Assembly: GCA_963662545.2 (NCBI GenBank)
Contig: CAXXLL010000002.1
Span: forward strand, 160,001 to 224,000
DNA from: Gammaproteobacteria bacterium
GTDB taxonomy: Bacteria; Pseudomonadota; Gammaproteobacteria; Ga0077536
Length of the DNA stretch: 64,000 nt
Direction of reading: 5' to 3'
Shown here: one piece after another, positions 25,296 through 35,539 of the stretch
Position numbering within the stretch: the first letter of the stretch is position 1
Layout: the number at the start of each line of letters is the position of its first letter
Position numbers and translations under genes: made by a program
Notes under the pieces: generated by a model
Databases searched by the model: none
What the model saw: the letters and a program-made list of their open reading frames with translations, nothing else
What the model was told of the DNA's origin: nothing

Positions 25296-26583
25296 GCTGA
25301 CCGTGCAGGCGGGCGGACGCCTGACCGGCGAGGTTGCACTTCCGGGTGACAAATCCTTGTCGCATCGCGCCGTCATGCTGGGCGCGCTCGCGGACGGTCC
25401 GTGCCGGGTACGATCCTGTTTGCTGGGGGAGGACGTGCGAGCCACGATCGGCGCCTTGGAGGCCATGGGGGTTGCGATCGAAGTCGGCAGGGATCAAATA
25501 CTCACCGTCCATGGCGTCGGGATCGACGGCTTGAAGGCACCGCGCGCGGCACTCAATCTTGGGAATTCCGGTACGTCGATGAGACTCCTGTCTGGGATCG
25601 TGGCCGGCGCCGGCGTCGCCGCCACGCTGATCGGCGACGGGTCCTTGAGCACGCGGCCGATGAAGCGCGTAGCCGATCCGCTTAAGCGCATGGGTGCCCA
25701 TATCGAAACCTCGGCCGACGGTACGCCGCCACTGCGGATCGCAGCCGCCGGATCGCTGAGGGCGATCGACTATGCGTTGCCCATGGCGAGCGCCCAAGTC
25801 AAATCCGCGGTGCTGCTAGCCGGTCTTTTCGCGTCGGGCACGACGCGCGTGTCGGAGCCGGCGCCAACGCGCGACCACACCGAGCGTATGCTGGAGGCTT
25901 TCGGCGTCGAACTTTCCCGCGAAGGTCCTTGGATCGGGATCCGCGGCGGACAAAGGTTAGCGGCGGTCGATATCGCTATACCCGCCGATATTTCATCTGC
26001 CGCGTTCTTTATCGTCGGCGCGGCGATTGCGGAGGGCAGCCGGCTGGTGTTGCCCGGCGTGGGCGTGAATCCGACCCGCACCGGCGTCGTCAACATCCTG
26101 CGGGAAATGGGGGCGGACATCGCGATCGACTCGCGGCGTTCCTACGGCACCGAGCCGGTCGCCGATATTTCCGTGACAGGCTCCGTGCTGGATGGCATTC
26201 GGATCCGGCCCGAATCCGTACCGCTCGCCATCGACGAATTCCCGGCGATCTTCGTGGCCGCGGCCTGCGCGCGTGGGCAAACGGTCCTGCGCGGCGCCGA
26301 GGAACTGCGGCATAAGGAAAGCGACCGTATTGTGATCATGGCCAAAGGCCTGCGGCAGCTCGGTATCGCCGTGGAAACATTCGACGATGGCATCGCGATC
26401 GAAGGCGGTGAACTGACTGGCGGCGAGGTCGACGCACACGGCGACCACCGCGTCGCGATGGCCTTTGCCATGGCGGCGCTTCGCGCGAGCGGGCCGATCA
26501 GCATTCACAATGCCGCCGCCATCGCGACCTCCTTCCCGGCGTTTGCCGAGACCGCGCGGAACGCCGGATTGCGCGCGGCCTGA
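25276..26583 (+). CDS. aroA: EPSP synthase
   Basis: PGDKSLSHR, GNSGTSMRL, SAQVKSA, KESDRI, DHRVAM; exact start uncertain. Confidence 0.95.
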   Translation: METAINKLTVQAGGRLTGEVALPGDKSLSHRAVMLGALADGPCRVRSCLLGEDVRATIGALEAMGVAIEVGRDQILTVHGVGIDGLKAPRAALNLGNSGTSMRLLSGIVAGAGVAATLIGDGSLSTRPMKRVADPLKRMGAHIETSADGTPPLRIAAAGSLRAIDYALPMASAQVKSAVLLAGLFASGTTRVSEPAPTRDHTERMLEAFGVELSREGPWIGIRGGQRLAAVDIAIPADISSAAFFIVGAAIAEGSRLVLPGVGVNPTRTGVVNILREMGADIAIDSRRSYGTEPVADISVTGSVLDGIRIRPESVPLAIDEFPAIFVAAACARGQTVLRGAEELRHKESDRIVIMAKGLRQLGIAVETFDDGIAIEGGELTGGEVDAHGDHRVAMAFAMAALRASGPISIHNAAAIATSFPAFAETARNAGLRAA

Positions 26584-26585
26584 CG

Positions 26586-27266
26586 GTGCTTGACGGGGTT
26601 CCGGTTATCACCATCGACGGCCCGAGCGGCAGTGGCAAGGGCACCCTGGCCCGAAGGATCAAGGGCTGGCTCGGGTGGCACCTGCTGGATTCCGGTTCGC
26701 TCTACCGCCTGGTCGCGCTCGAGGCGCGGCGTGGCGGCACCGATTTCGAAGACGAAGCGGCCCTCGCGGTGGTGGCCGTCGAACTCGGCGCCGAATTCGT
26801 CGATGAGAAGGAGGAAACAAAGGTTGTACTGTGCGGCAGTGATGTTACCGACGCGCTGCGCTCGGAAGCGTGCGGCACAGACGCATCGAGCCTGGCGGCC
26901 TATCCCGCGGTGCGCGCGGCCCTGCTAGCACGCCAGCGGGCATTTCTCGAACCGCCCGGCTTGGTTGCGGACGGGCGCGATATGGGCACGGTCGTTTTCC
27001 CCCACGCCGACCTCAAGATCTACCTCACCGCGAGCCCCGAGGAACGTGCCCGAAGGCGCTATAAGCAGTTGAAACAAAAAGGAATGAGTGTTAACCTCGC
27101 GCAGCTTTTGGGGGACATCGCCGAGCGTGATCGGCGGGATAAACAACGTACAGTATCCCCTTTAAAGCCTGCGATCGACGCCGTCCTCCTCGACACGACC
27201 CTAATGGACGTATCCGCTGTAGAGGATCAGATAAAGCGTCTGGTGCGCGATACCGGTCTGGCCTGA
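26586..27266 (+). CDS. cmk: Cytidylate kinase
   Basis: ITIDGPSGSGKGT, DGRDMGTVVFP. Confidence 0.96.
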   Translation: MLDGVPVITIDGPSGSGKGTLARRIKGWLGWHLLDSGSLYRLVALEARRGGTDFEDEAALAVVAVELGAEFVDEKEETKVVLCGSDVTDALRSEACGTDASSLAAYPAVRAALLARQRAFLEPPGLVADGRDMGTVVFPHADLKIYLTASPEERARRRYKQLKQKGMSVNLAQLLGDIAERDRRDKQRTVSPLKPAIDAVLLDTTLMDVSAVEDQIKRLVRDTGLA

Positions 27267-27387
27267 AGTACGCGATTTAAGCGCACGACGCCGGATTGCC
27301 CATTAACACGACTAAGAGACGAGGACGTTTGCAGACAGCCGGCGGTGACCGCGCCGCGGCAGAACAGGCATTCGGTTAAGAAATACT
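27267..27387 (+). promoter_or_regulatory. rpsA 5' leader (probable S1 autoregulatory region)
   Basis: 120-bp spacer with GC-rich segments and an A/T-rich stretch lacking a strong SD before the ATG; positional inference only. Confidence 0.35.
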
Positions 27388-29058
27388 ATGGCGGAGAGTT
27401 TCGCAGAATTATTCGAACAAAGTCAGATTGAATCTAAAATGCGGCCGGGCACCATCGTCAAGGGCACGGTCGTGGAAATCCGCGCGGATTTCGTGGTCGT
27501 CAACGCCGGTCTCAAGTCCGAAGGCGTGATCCCGGCAGAGCAGTTTCGCAATTCCGAGGGCGAAGTCGACGTCGCCGTCGGAGAAGAAATCGACGTCGCG
27601 CTCGACGCGGTAGAGGACGGTTACGGGGAAACACGGCTGTCCCGGGAAAAAGCCAAGCGTGCGAAGGCCTGGGAAGAGCTGGAAGAAGCCTGCGAAGAAA
27701 GCAAGACCGTCACGGGCGTCATCAGCGACAAGGTCAAAGGCGGATTCACCGTCGATATCAGTTCCATACGAGCCTTTCTGCCGGGTTCGCTGGTCGACGT
27801 GCGGCCAGTCCGCGACACCAGTTATCTCGAGGGTAAACCCCTCGAATTCAAAGTCATCAAGGTCGACCGTCGCCGCAACAACGTCGTCGTTTCACGCCGT
27901 GCGGTCGTCGAAAGTGAGAATTCTGCGGAGCGGGAGGCGCTGCTCGACAGCCTGGCGGAAGGAACCGTCATTAAGGGCCTGGTCAAGAATCTGACCGATT
28001 ACGGCGCGTTCATCGATCTCGGTGGTATCGACGGGCTGCTGCATATTACCGACATGGCCTGGAGGCGGGTGAAGCACCCGTCCGAGGTGGTCAATATCGG
28101 CGATGAGATCGAAGTCAAGGTCTTGAAATTCGATCGCGAGCGCCAGCGGGTGTCACTCGGCCTCAAGCAGTTGGGCGACGATCCGTGGGTCGACATCGCG
28201 CGGCGCTATCCGGAGCACTCTCGACTGTTTGGCAAGGTTTCGAACATCGCCGATTATGGCTGCTTCGTCGAGATCGAAGAAGGCGTGGAAGGGCTGGTTC
28301 ACGTTTCCGAAATGGATTGGACCAATAAGAATGTGCATCCCACGAAAGTCGTTCACCTCGGCGAGGAAGTGGAAGTGATGGTGCTCGACATCGACGAAGA
28401 GCGCCGCCGCATCTCTCTCGGTATGAAACAGTGTCGTTCCAATCCCTGGGAAGAATTCGCCGCGACGCACAACAAGAACGACCGTGTGGTGGGTACGATT
28501 AAGTCGATTACGGATTTCGGCATTTTCATCGGCCTGGACGGCGGCATAGACGGCCTCGTACACCTGTCGGACCTGTCGTGGGATCTACCCGGCGAAGAGG
28601 TCGTACGCAATTATAAAAAAGGCGATGAGCTTGAAACCGTAGTGCTGGCCGTGGACGCCGAACGCGAACGCATTTCCTTGGGCGTCAAGCAGTTGGCCCA
28701 GGACCCATTTTCGACCTACCTCGCGCTGAACCCGAAGGGCACGCGCGTCACCGGCAAAATCGTGAGCGTCGATGCGAAGGCAGCGGTCATCGATCTGGCG
28801 GAAGGGGTAGAGGGCACGATCAGGGCCTCCGAACTCTCGATCGATCAGGTAGACGATACGCGTAAAGTCCTCAAGGAAGGTGAGGAACTCGAGGCGCTCA
28901 TCGTCGGTGTTGATCGCAAGCGCCGCGTCGTCACTCTTTCAGTCAAGGCCAAGGAGAGTGAAGAAGAACAGGCGGCGCTGCAGGAATACAGCGCCGAAAA
29001 CGAATCTTCGCGGGCGACACTCGGCGATCTGCTGAAAAAGCAGCTTGATTCCAAATAG
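27388..29058 (+). CDS. rpsA: 30S ribosomal protein S1
   Basis: ESFAELFE, repeated S1 domains ([16 protein letters not shown]); 556 aa. Confidence 0.98.
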   Translation: MAESFAELFEQSQIESKMRPGTIVKGTVVEIRADFVVVNAGLKSEGVIPAEQFRNSEGEVDVAVGEEIDVALDAVEDGYGETRLSREKAKRAKAWEELEEACEESKTVTGVISDKVKGGFTVDISSIRAFLPGSLVDVRPVRDTSYLEGKPLEFKVIKVDRRRNNVVVSRRAVVESENSAEREALLDSLAEGTVIKGLVKNLTDYGAFIDLGGIDGLLHITDMAWRRVKHPSEVVNIGDEIEVKVLKFDRERQRVSLGLKQLGDDPWVDIARRYPEHSRLFGKVSNIADYGCFVEIEEGVEGLVHVSEMDWTNKNVHPTKVVHLGEEVEVMVLDIDEERRRISLGMKQCRSNPWEEFAATHNKNDRVVGTIKSITDFGIFIGLDGGIDGLVHLSDLSWDLPGEEVVRNYKKGDELETVVLAVDAERERISLGVKQLAQDPFSTYLALNPKGTRVTGKIVSVDAKAAVIDLAEGVEGTIRASELSIDQVDDTRKVLKEGEELEALIVGVDRKRRVVTLSVKAKESEEEQAALQEYSAENESSRATLGDLLKKQLDSK

Positions 29059-29086
29059 CATCGTCCTGAGCTAATCGAGAAGAATA

Positions 29087-29458
29087 ATGACGAAGTCTGA
29101 ACTGATCGAATCGCTGGTATGGAAACAGTCTCAACTCGGCTATCGTGATGTCGAACTGGCCGTCAAGACTATGCTCGAGCATATGGGGCAAACGCTCGCC
29201 TCAGGCGAACGAATAGAAATCAGAGGCTTCGGCAGTTTTTCGTTGCACTACCGGCCGCCGCGGGTCGGGCGCAATCCCAAATCGGGTGATGCCGTGTCAT
29301 TGCCGGCGAAGTATGTGCCGCACTTCAAACCGGGGAAGGAATTGCGCGAAAGGGTAAATAACGGCGCCGCCAAGGCGCGGGAAATCAAACCCGCCAACGA
29401 CAACGATCCCGATACCGAATCCGACCAAGAGCAGGCTGGATCCGATACCATCTCCTAA
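29087..29458 (+). CDS. ihfB: Integration host factor beta
   Basis: [37 protein letters not shown]; acidic tail. Confidence 0.96.
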   Translation: MTKSELIESLVWKQSQLGYRDVELAVKTMLEHMGQTLASGERIEIRGFGSFSLHYRPPRVGRNPKSGDAVSLPAKYVPHFKPGKELRERVNNGAAKAREIKPANDNDPDTESDQEQAGSDTIS

Positions 29459-29637
29459 GCACCCTTACCGGCTGCTAGGTTCGTTCCCGACCTACGAAAC
29501 CGCTGGCGATCGAATCGAAACTCGATCCAGCCGCGGCATCCGTGCGATCATACCTCCCTGCCGTGAGCAGGGGTTAGGAGACCGTATGCCATACAGGGTC
29601 TCAGTCGTTAATCGATCGCAACCATTAGGGAATTGAA

Positions 29638-29931
29638 TTGTCTCGTGTCCTGTATATGGCGTTCGCTATTTTCATGGCGGTGTGCGGACTCGCGTTTCAC
29701 GTGCGCAACGATCAGGAAATCGTTTTGAATTATTTTACGGGCAGTCTCCAAATCGAATTGTCCATCGTCGTCGTCGGTGCGCTCGTTGCCGGCGCGATTC
29801 TCGGCGTGCTTGCAATGACGGCCACCGTATTACGCCTCAGGCGCAATATCAGGCGTCTCTCCCGGCGAAATGAAATCGCGAACCGGGAGCTTTCGAGCTT
29901 GAGAGCCATATCGCTAAATGATGGCGGCTGA
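29638..29931 (+). CDS. lapA: LPS assembly protein A
   Basis: Two hydrophobic segments with RNDQEIVLNY and a basic coiled-coil tail; directly upstream of lapB. Confidence 0.85.
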   Translation: MSRVLYMAFAIFMAVCGLAFHVRNDQEIVLNYFTGSLQIELSIVVVGALVAGAILGVLAMTATVLRLRRNIRRLSRRNEIANRELSSLRAISLNDGG

Positions 29932-31105
29932 GTACCTTTTCGGTATCGTCGTTTTTCTGCTGCCGCTCGCCGCCGTCTCCGGATGGTATTTCGGCCGCAG
30001 GGGAAATCCGCCCGAAGCGGGGCGTAACGGCGTGTCAGGCATCCCATCGGACTATTTCCGTGGACTCAATTACCTGCTCAACGACCGGCCGGACAAAGCC
30101 ATCGAGGTTTTCATCAAGGTCCTGGAGGTCGAAAGTGAAACCGTGGAAACGCACCTCGCCTTGGGCAATCTGTTTCGGCGTCGCGGCGAAGTCGACCGGG
30201 CGATTCGCATTCACCAAAACCTGGTGTCGGAGCCGAGCCTGGATTTCGATCAACGCGCGCTCGCATTGCTCGAACTGGGTTTGGATTATATGCGTTCGGG
30301 TCTGCTTGACCGCGCTGAGAGCTTGTTCAAGGAATTACTCGATTCCGGTGCGCACCAGCGCCAGGCCATGGACCACTTGATCGATATTTACCAGCAGGAG
30401 CAGGACTGGGACAAGGCGCTCGAATATACAGGGCGCCTCGAGAAACTGGCCAACCGTAATTTAGGTGACGTGCGCGCGCATTTTTATTGCGAGCAAGCGG
30501 CGACGCAAATCGAAGAGGGCAACGTCGAGAATGCGAGCGATCTGTTGCGCCAGGCGATGCAGATGGACAAGAACTGCGTTCGCGCAAGCCTCATGCAGGC
30601 GCGAATCGCGATGACCGCGGGAGCATACGAGGCTGCGATCCGTCATCTCGAGGAAATCGAAAAGCAGAACCTGGCGTTTCTGCCCGAGGCGATCACTCCA
30701 CTGGTTGAAAGCTACCGGGCTTTGGATCGAATTGCCGACCTCGTGCGCTACCTCGAACGTTTAAGCGCGCTTCACGCCGGGATCACTCCGGTACTCGTAC
30801 TGGCCGAAGTCATGACGGAGCTGGGTAATGTCGAGGAGGCGAAAAAGCGCATTATCGACGAACTCAAGAACCGGCCGACTGTCCGGGGTATCGACCGATT
30901 GATCGATTATTCACTAACCGGCGCGGACGGTGAAACGAAGGAGAATCTCGTACTCCTCAAGGAACTCACGGCCAGCCTCATCGAGGAAAAGTCGAGCTAC
31001 ATGTGCGGAAACTGCGGATTTAAAGGACGCTCGCTGCACTGGCAGTGTCCCAGCTGTAAGCTCTGGAACTCGGTAAAACCGATCCACGGCATCGAGGGCG
31101 AATGA
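29921..31105 (+). CDS. lapB: LPS assembly protein B
   Basis: TM, YFRGLNYLL, TPR repeats, rubredoxin CGNCG...WQCPSC. Confidence 0.96.
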   Translation: MAAEYLFGIVVFLLPLAAVSGWYFGRRGNPPEAGRNGVSGIPSDYFRGLNYLLNDRPDKAIEVFIKVLEVESETVETHLALGNLFRRRGEVDRAIRIHQNLVSEPSLDFDQRALALLELGLDYMRSGLLDRAESLFKELLDSGAHQRQAMDHLIDIYQQEQDWDKALEYTGRLEKLANRNLGDVRAHFYCEQAATQIEEGNVENASDLLRQAMQMDKNCVRASLMQARIAMTAGAYEAAIRHLEEIEKQNLAFLPEAITPLVESYRALDRIADLVRYLERLSALHAGITPVLVLAEVMTELGNVEEAKKRIIDELKNRPTVRGIDRLIDYSLTGADGETKENLVLLKELTASLIEEKSSYMCGNCGFKGRSLHWQCPSCKLWNSVKPIHGIEGE

Positions 31106-31153
31106 GCCGACGCCGCAAGCGTTTGTGCGCCGATCACTACGCCATAGATTTAG

Positions 31154-31315
31154 GGAACCCCTGAATAGGTCATGGCCCATCTGCCTTGCCGATGAAATCG
31201 CGGAGCCTTACGTTACGAACCTTAGCCCTGGTCCCCACGATGGCCTGCGATTGGTGCCCTGATCTGCACCATTGCATGAACCATTCAAACGCACCATGAC
31301 TTATTCAGATGTTTC
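31154..31315 (+). mobile_element. 162-bp MITE copy 3 (diverged)
   Basis: Same length, ~27 substitutions versus copy 1 by hand count (~83%); TTAG duplication at 31150-31153 and 31316-31319. Confidence 0.88.
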
Positions 31316-31325
31316 TTAGGTTGCG

Positions 31326-32054
31326 ATGAACAGATCGTTTAAACCGGTGATCGTCGCCCTCGATTTCCCGAATCTGGATCTAGCGCTCACCTTAGCAGAC
31401 CAGCTCGATCCCGACGCTTGCCGCGTCAAAATTGGCAACGAACTATTCACGCGGGCCGGCCCGGGATCGGTTCGCACGCTGATCGAACGCGGTTTTGACG
31501 TTTTTCTCGATCTCAAGTTTCATGACATTCCCAACACGGTCGCGGGCGCCTGTCGCGCTGCGGCTGAATTGGGCTGCTGGATGATGAACGTGCACACCGG
31601 CGGCGGCGCCACCATGATGCAGGCGGCGCGGGAGGCGATTCACTGCGGCGATGGCCCACTTCTCATCGGCGTCACAGTTCTGACCAGCATGGGCGACGCG
31701 GCACTCGACGCGGTCGGCGTTCGACACTCTGCAATGGATCAAGCCTCGAGACTCGCGCGGCTGGCGGCTGACGCGGGACTCGATGGTGTCGTCTGCTCGC
31801 CGTTGGAGGTCGCCCATTTGCGCCGACAACGGGGCTTCGAGTTCAAACTCGTGACCCCTGGCGTCAGGCCGCTCGGATCGGCCCGGGGCGACCAGCAACG
31901 TATCGCGACGCCCACGGAGACCATCGCAGCCGGAGCTGATTACCTCGTCGTCGGTAGACCGCTGACAACCGCCGAGCATCCCGATGAGGTGCTGGCCATG
32001 ATCAACGCCGAATGCGACGCTGCGACGAAAACGGCGGATACCCACGACCACTGA
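31326..32054 (+). CDS. pyrF: Orotidine-5'-phosphate decarboxylase
   Basis: [29 protein letters not shown]. Confidence 0.97.
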   Translation: MNRSFKPVIVALDFPNLDLALTLADQLDPDACRVKIGNELFTRAGPGSVRTLIERGFDVFLDLKFHDIPNTVAGACRAAAELGCWMMNVHTGGGATMMQAAREAIHCGDGPLLIGVTVLTSMGDAALDAVGVRHSAMDQASRLARLAADAGLDGVVCSPLEVAHLRRQRGFEFKLVTPGVRPLGSARGDQQRIATPTETIAAGADYLVVGRPLTTAEHPDEVLAMINAECDAATKTADTHDH

Positions 32055-32068
32055 CGCGTTCGATCGCC

Positions 32069-35000
32069 ATGTTTGAACCCGCCGCGCGACCTAGCCCACT
32101 CGACCCACCGCACCCGGGCGAACCCGGCGAGATCGGTCAATGGACGCGCCTCTTTGGCGCGGCGAAATCCGTTGTGATTGCCGCCGCCGCCGCCGCCGAT
32201 CAAAACCGTCCGGTGGTCGTCATTGCGTCCGATACGGCAAGTGCGACCCGCTTCGAACGGGAGATCGCTTTTTTCGCCCCGGAATTACCGCGCTATGCAA
32301 TTCCTGACTGGGAGACGCTCCCATACGATCGCTTCAGTCCGTACCAGGATATTATTAGCGAACGGATCGCGACCCTGATTCGGATGCCCTCGATCACCTA
32401 CGGCGTGGTCATCATGGGGGTGCACACGGCGATGCACCGATTCGCGCCGCGCGAATGGATGGATGCTCGTGCATTCAGTCAGAATTCCGGTGATCAGCTG
32501 GACCGCGTCGCTTTTCTCGCGAAGCTTGATGCGACCGGGTATCGCCGATGTGTGCAAGTGGCAGAGCACGGAGACTACGCGGTTCGCGGGTCCTTGATCG
32601 ATGTTTTCCCGATGGGCGCGGATCAACCGTTTCGCATTGATCTCTTTGACGATGAAATCGAAACGCTGCGCTGCTTCGATGTCGAGACCCAACGCTCGAT
32701 TTCCAACATCGATGCCATCGAACTAATGCCGGCGCGCGAGTTCCCGCTCGACGACAAAGCGATCAGAGAATTCCGCCGCGCCTGGCGCCTCGAATTCGAG
32801 GGTCGCCCGCAAACCTGCTCCCTGTACGAAGACGTGTCGGCCGGTCTGGCGCCGGCCGGCATCGAATACTACCTGCCTTTGTTCTTCGATGAGCTTGCGC
32901 TCGTCACGGATTACTTCCCGGGTAACGCGCTGGTAGTAATCGACGAAGGTGTAGAGACAGCGTCGGAACGTTTTCAGCACGCGATCCAGGAACGCTATGA
33001 AGCCCTGCGGCACGATAGCGAACGTCCGATCGTGGAACCATCGCGAATGTTTGTAGATTTCGACATCATCCTCGAAGCGCTGGCACCCTTTTCCTGCTTG
33101 ACAGTTAGCGGCATCGAACCGACGCGCGGCATGCACGATACGGAGTTCGCTGCGCACGCACCGGTGCAGGTTCCCGTCGACGCACGCGCCGCTGATCCTT
33201 TCGCTCTGTTGCGCGACTACACCGCGCGCGCGGACGGACGCATCTTGTTCCTGGTCGATTCGCCCGGCCGTCGTGAAACCCTGATGGAACTCTTTGCCGA
33301 GCAGCCGTTTCGGCCTCGTCCCTTCGAATCGTGGTCGGATTTTTTGCAGGCGGACGCGCCGGTCGGGATTACGGTGGCGCCCGTTGTTGAAAGCGCCGAA
33401 ATCGAAACGCCCCGGATCAGCTTACTGACCGAAGCGCAGTTGTTCGGCGAGCGTGCCGCACAAAGTAGACGCAAACGCCGCAGCGCTGCAGATAGCGAAG
33501 CAGTCATCAGAAATCTGACCGAGCTTCACGATGGTTCACCGGTCGTACACGAGCATCACGGGGTCGGTCGTTATCAAGGCCTCGAGGTATTGCACGTGGG
33601 CGGCATCACTAACGAGTTCATCAAGCTCGAATATGCCGACGGCGATATCCTCTACATACCTGTCAGTGGGCTCAACCTGATCAGCCGCTACTCGGGTGTC
33701 GACCCAGACCATGCGCCGCTGCACAAACTGGGTAGTGGGCAGTGGGACAAGGCACGCCGCAAGGCCGCCGAAAAAATTCGAGACGTGGCTGCAGAGCTGC
33801 TCGAGATCAATGCCAGGCGCGCAGCGCGCAAGGGTCATGCGTTCACGGTGGATCGAGGTGCCTACACCAGCTTTGAGCAGGCGTTTCCCTTCGAAGAAAC
33901 AGTCGATCAAATCAGTGCTGTCGAAGCCGTGTTCGATGATATGCAGAAGGAACAGCCCATGGACCGGTTGATCTGCGGCGACGTTGGGTTTGGTAAGACC
34001 GAAGTCGCAATGCGGGCTGCGTTCGTTGCGGTTAATGATGGCTTTCAGGTCGCCATCCTCGTGCCGACGACTTTGCTAGCGCGCCAGCATTACGAAACTT
34101 TCAAAGATCGCTTTGCAGACTGGCCGGTTCGCATCGAGCAGCTTTCGCGCTTTCAAGATTCCAAGACTGCGCGCGATGTACTCGCCGGCCTTGCTGACGG
34201 CAGGGTCGACGTCGTCGTCGGCACCCATAAATTGCTGGGAAAGGACGTCAGATTCAGGCGCATGGGCCTTTTGATAGTCGATGAAGAACATCGCTTCGGT
34301 GTGCGCCAGAAAGAGCAGATCAAGAAACTGCGTAGCGATGTCGATATTTTAACGCTCACCGCAACGCCGATCCCGCGGACCCTCAACCTGGCATTGGCGG
34401 GAACGCGCGAACTCTCGATTATTGCGACGGCACCGGCAAAACGTCTTGCCATCAAGACCTTTGTCAGAGAGTGGTCGGAACCGCTGGTGCGCGAAGCGAT
34501 TCTGCGCGAGATCGGACGCGGCGGGCAAGTGTACTTCGTGCACAACGAAGTCGAGAACATTGAGAAAATGGCGGATAAGCTACGCGAGATAGCGCCCGAA
34601 GCGCGCGTCGAGGTAGCCCACGGTCAAATGCGGGAGCGCGCGCTGGAGCAGGCCATGCTCGATTTCTATCACGGTCGGTGCAATGTGCTCTTATGTACGA
34701 CGATCATAGAATCCGGCATCGACGTGCCGAACGCGAACACCATGATCATCAATCGAGCGAACAAGTTCGGGCTCGCTCAACTCTACCAGCTTCGCGGTCG
34801 AGTCGGACGGTCGCATCACCGCGCATACGCTTACCTCGTGGTCCCGCATCGCAAGGAGATGACCGCCGACGCAGTCAAGCGACTGGAAGCCATTGAATCA
34901 CTAGAGGAACTCGGCGTCGGTTTTACCTTGGCCACGCATGACCTCGAGATTCGGGGCGCCGGAGAAATCCTCGGCGAGGACCAAAGCGGTCATATCCAGG

Positions 35001-35539
35001 AAATCGGGTTCGGACTGTACTCGGAGCTTTTAAGACGCACCGTTTTGGCGCTCAAATCGGGCCAGATCATTAATTTAGATGACGCGCTCGATGCACGCGT
35101 CGATATCGAATTGCATATTCCCGTGCTGCTGCCGGAGGACTATCTGCCGGACGTGCATGCGCGTTTGATTCTTTACAAGCGCATTGCGAGCGCGCGCGAC
35201 TCCGAAGAGCTTAACGATCTACGCGAAGAGATCATCGATCGGTTCGGCGTTTTCGGCAGCCCTGTCGACAACCTGTTTCGTGTAACATCGCTACGCCTTG
35301 ACGCTGAGCGTTTCGGAATTCGGAGAATCGATCTCGGCGGCAGGGGCGGCCGAATCGAGTTTCATTCAAATACCAGTATCGATCCGAGTAGCATCATCGA
35401 TCTCGTGCAGACCGACCCTGATTACCGCATGGATGGTGGCGAGAAATTACGGATCGTCAAAGAACTGCCCGATCGGGAGGCCAGGTTTGAAGAGCTGGCA
35501 TTTCTGTTTGAGCGATTTCGCCGTAGACATGCTGCTTAA
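32069..35539 (+). CDS. mfd: Transcription-repair coupling factor
   Basis: PDWETLPYD, CarD-like VVHEHHGVGRY, GDVGFGKTEVA, DEEHRFGV, QLRGRVGR. Confidence 0.97.
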   Translation: MFEPAARPSPLDPPHPGEPGEIGQWTRLFGAAKSVVIAAAAAADQNRPVVVIASDTASATRFEREIAFFAPELPRYAIPDWETLPYDRFSPYQDIISERIATLIRMPSITYGVVIMGVHTAMHRFAPREWMDARAFSQNSGDQLDRVAFLAKLDATGYRRCVQVAEHGDYAVRGSLIDVFPMGADQPFRIDLFDDEIETLRCFDVETQRSISNIDAIELMPAREFPLDDKAIREFRRAWRLEFEGRPQTCSLYEDVSAGLAPAGIEYYLPLFFDELALVTDYFPGNALVVIDEGVETASERFQHAIQERYEALRHDSERPIVEPSRMFVDFDIILEALAPFSCLTVSGIEPTRGMHDTEFAAHAPVQVPVDARAADPFALLRDYTARADGRILFLVDSPGRRETLMELFAEQPFRPRPFESWSDFLQADAPVGITVAPVVESAEIETPRISLLTEAQLFGERAAQSRRKRRSAADSEAVIRNLTELHDGSPVVHEHHGVGRYQGLEVLHVGGITNEFIKLEYADGDILYIPVSGLNLISRYSGVDPDHAPLHKLGSGQWDKARRKAAEKIRDVAAELLEINARRAARKGHAFTVDRGAYTSFEQAFPFEETVDQISAVEAVFDDMQKEQPMDRLICGDVGFGKTEVAMRAAFVAVNDGFQVAILVPTTLLARQHYETFKDRFADWPVRIEQLSRFQDSKTARDVLAGLADGRVDVVVGTHKLLGKDVRFRRMGLLIVDEEHRFGVRQKEQIKKLRSDVDILTLTATPIPRTLNLALAGTRELSIIATAPAKRLAIKTFVREWSEPLVREAILREIGRGGQVYFVHNEVENIEKMADKLREIAPEARVEVAHGQMRERALEQAMLDFYHGRCNVLLCTTIIESGIDVPNANTMIINRANKFGLAQLYQLRGRVGRSHHRAYAYLVVPHRKEMTADAVKRLEAIESLEELGVGFTLATHDLEIRGAGEILGEDQSGHIQEIGFGLYSELLRRTVLALKSGQIINLDDALDARVDIELHIPVLLPEDYLPDVHARLILYKRIASARDSEELNDLREEIIDRFGVFGSPVDNLFRVTSLRLDAERFGIRRIDLGGRGGRIEFHSNTSIDPSSIIDLVQTDPDYRMDGGEKLRIVKELPDREARFEELAFLFERFRRRHAA

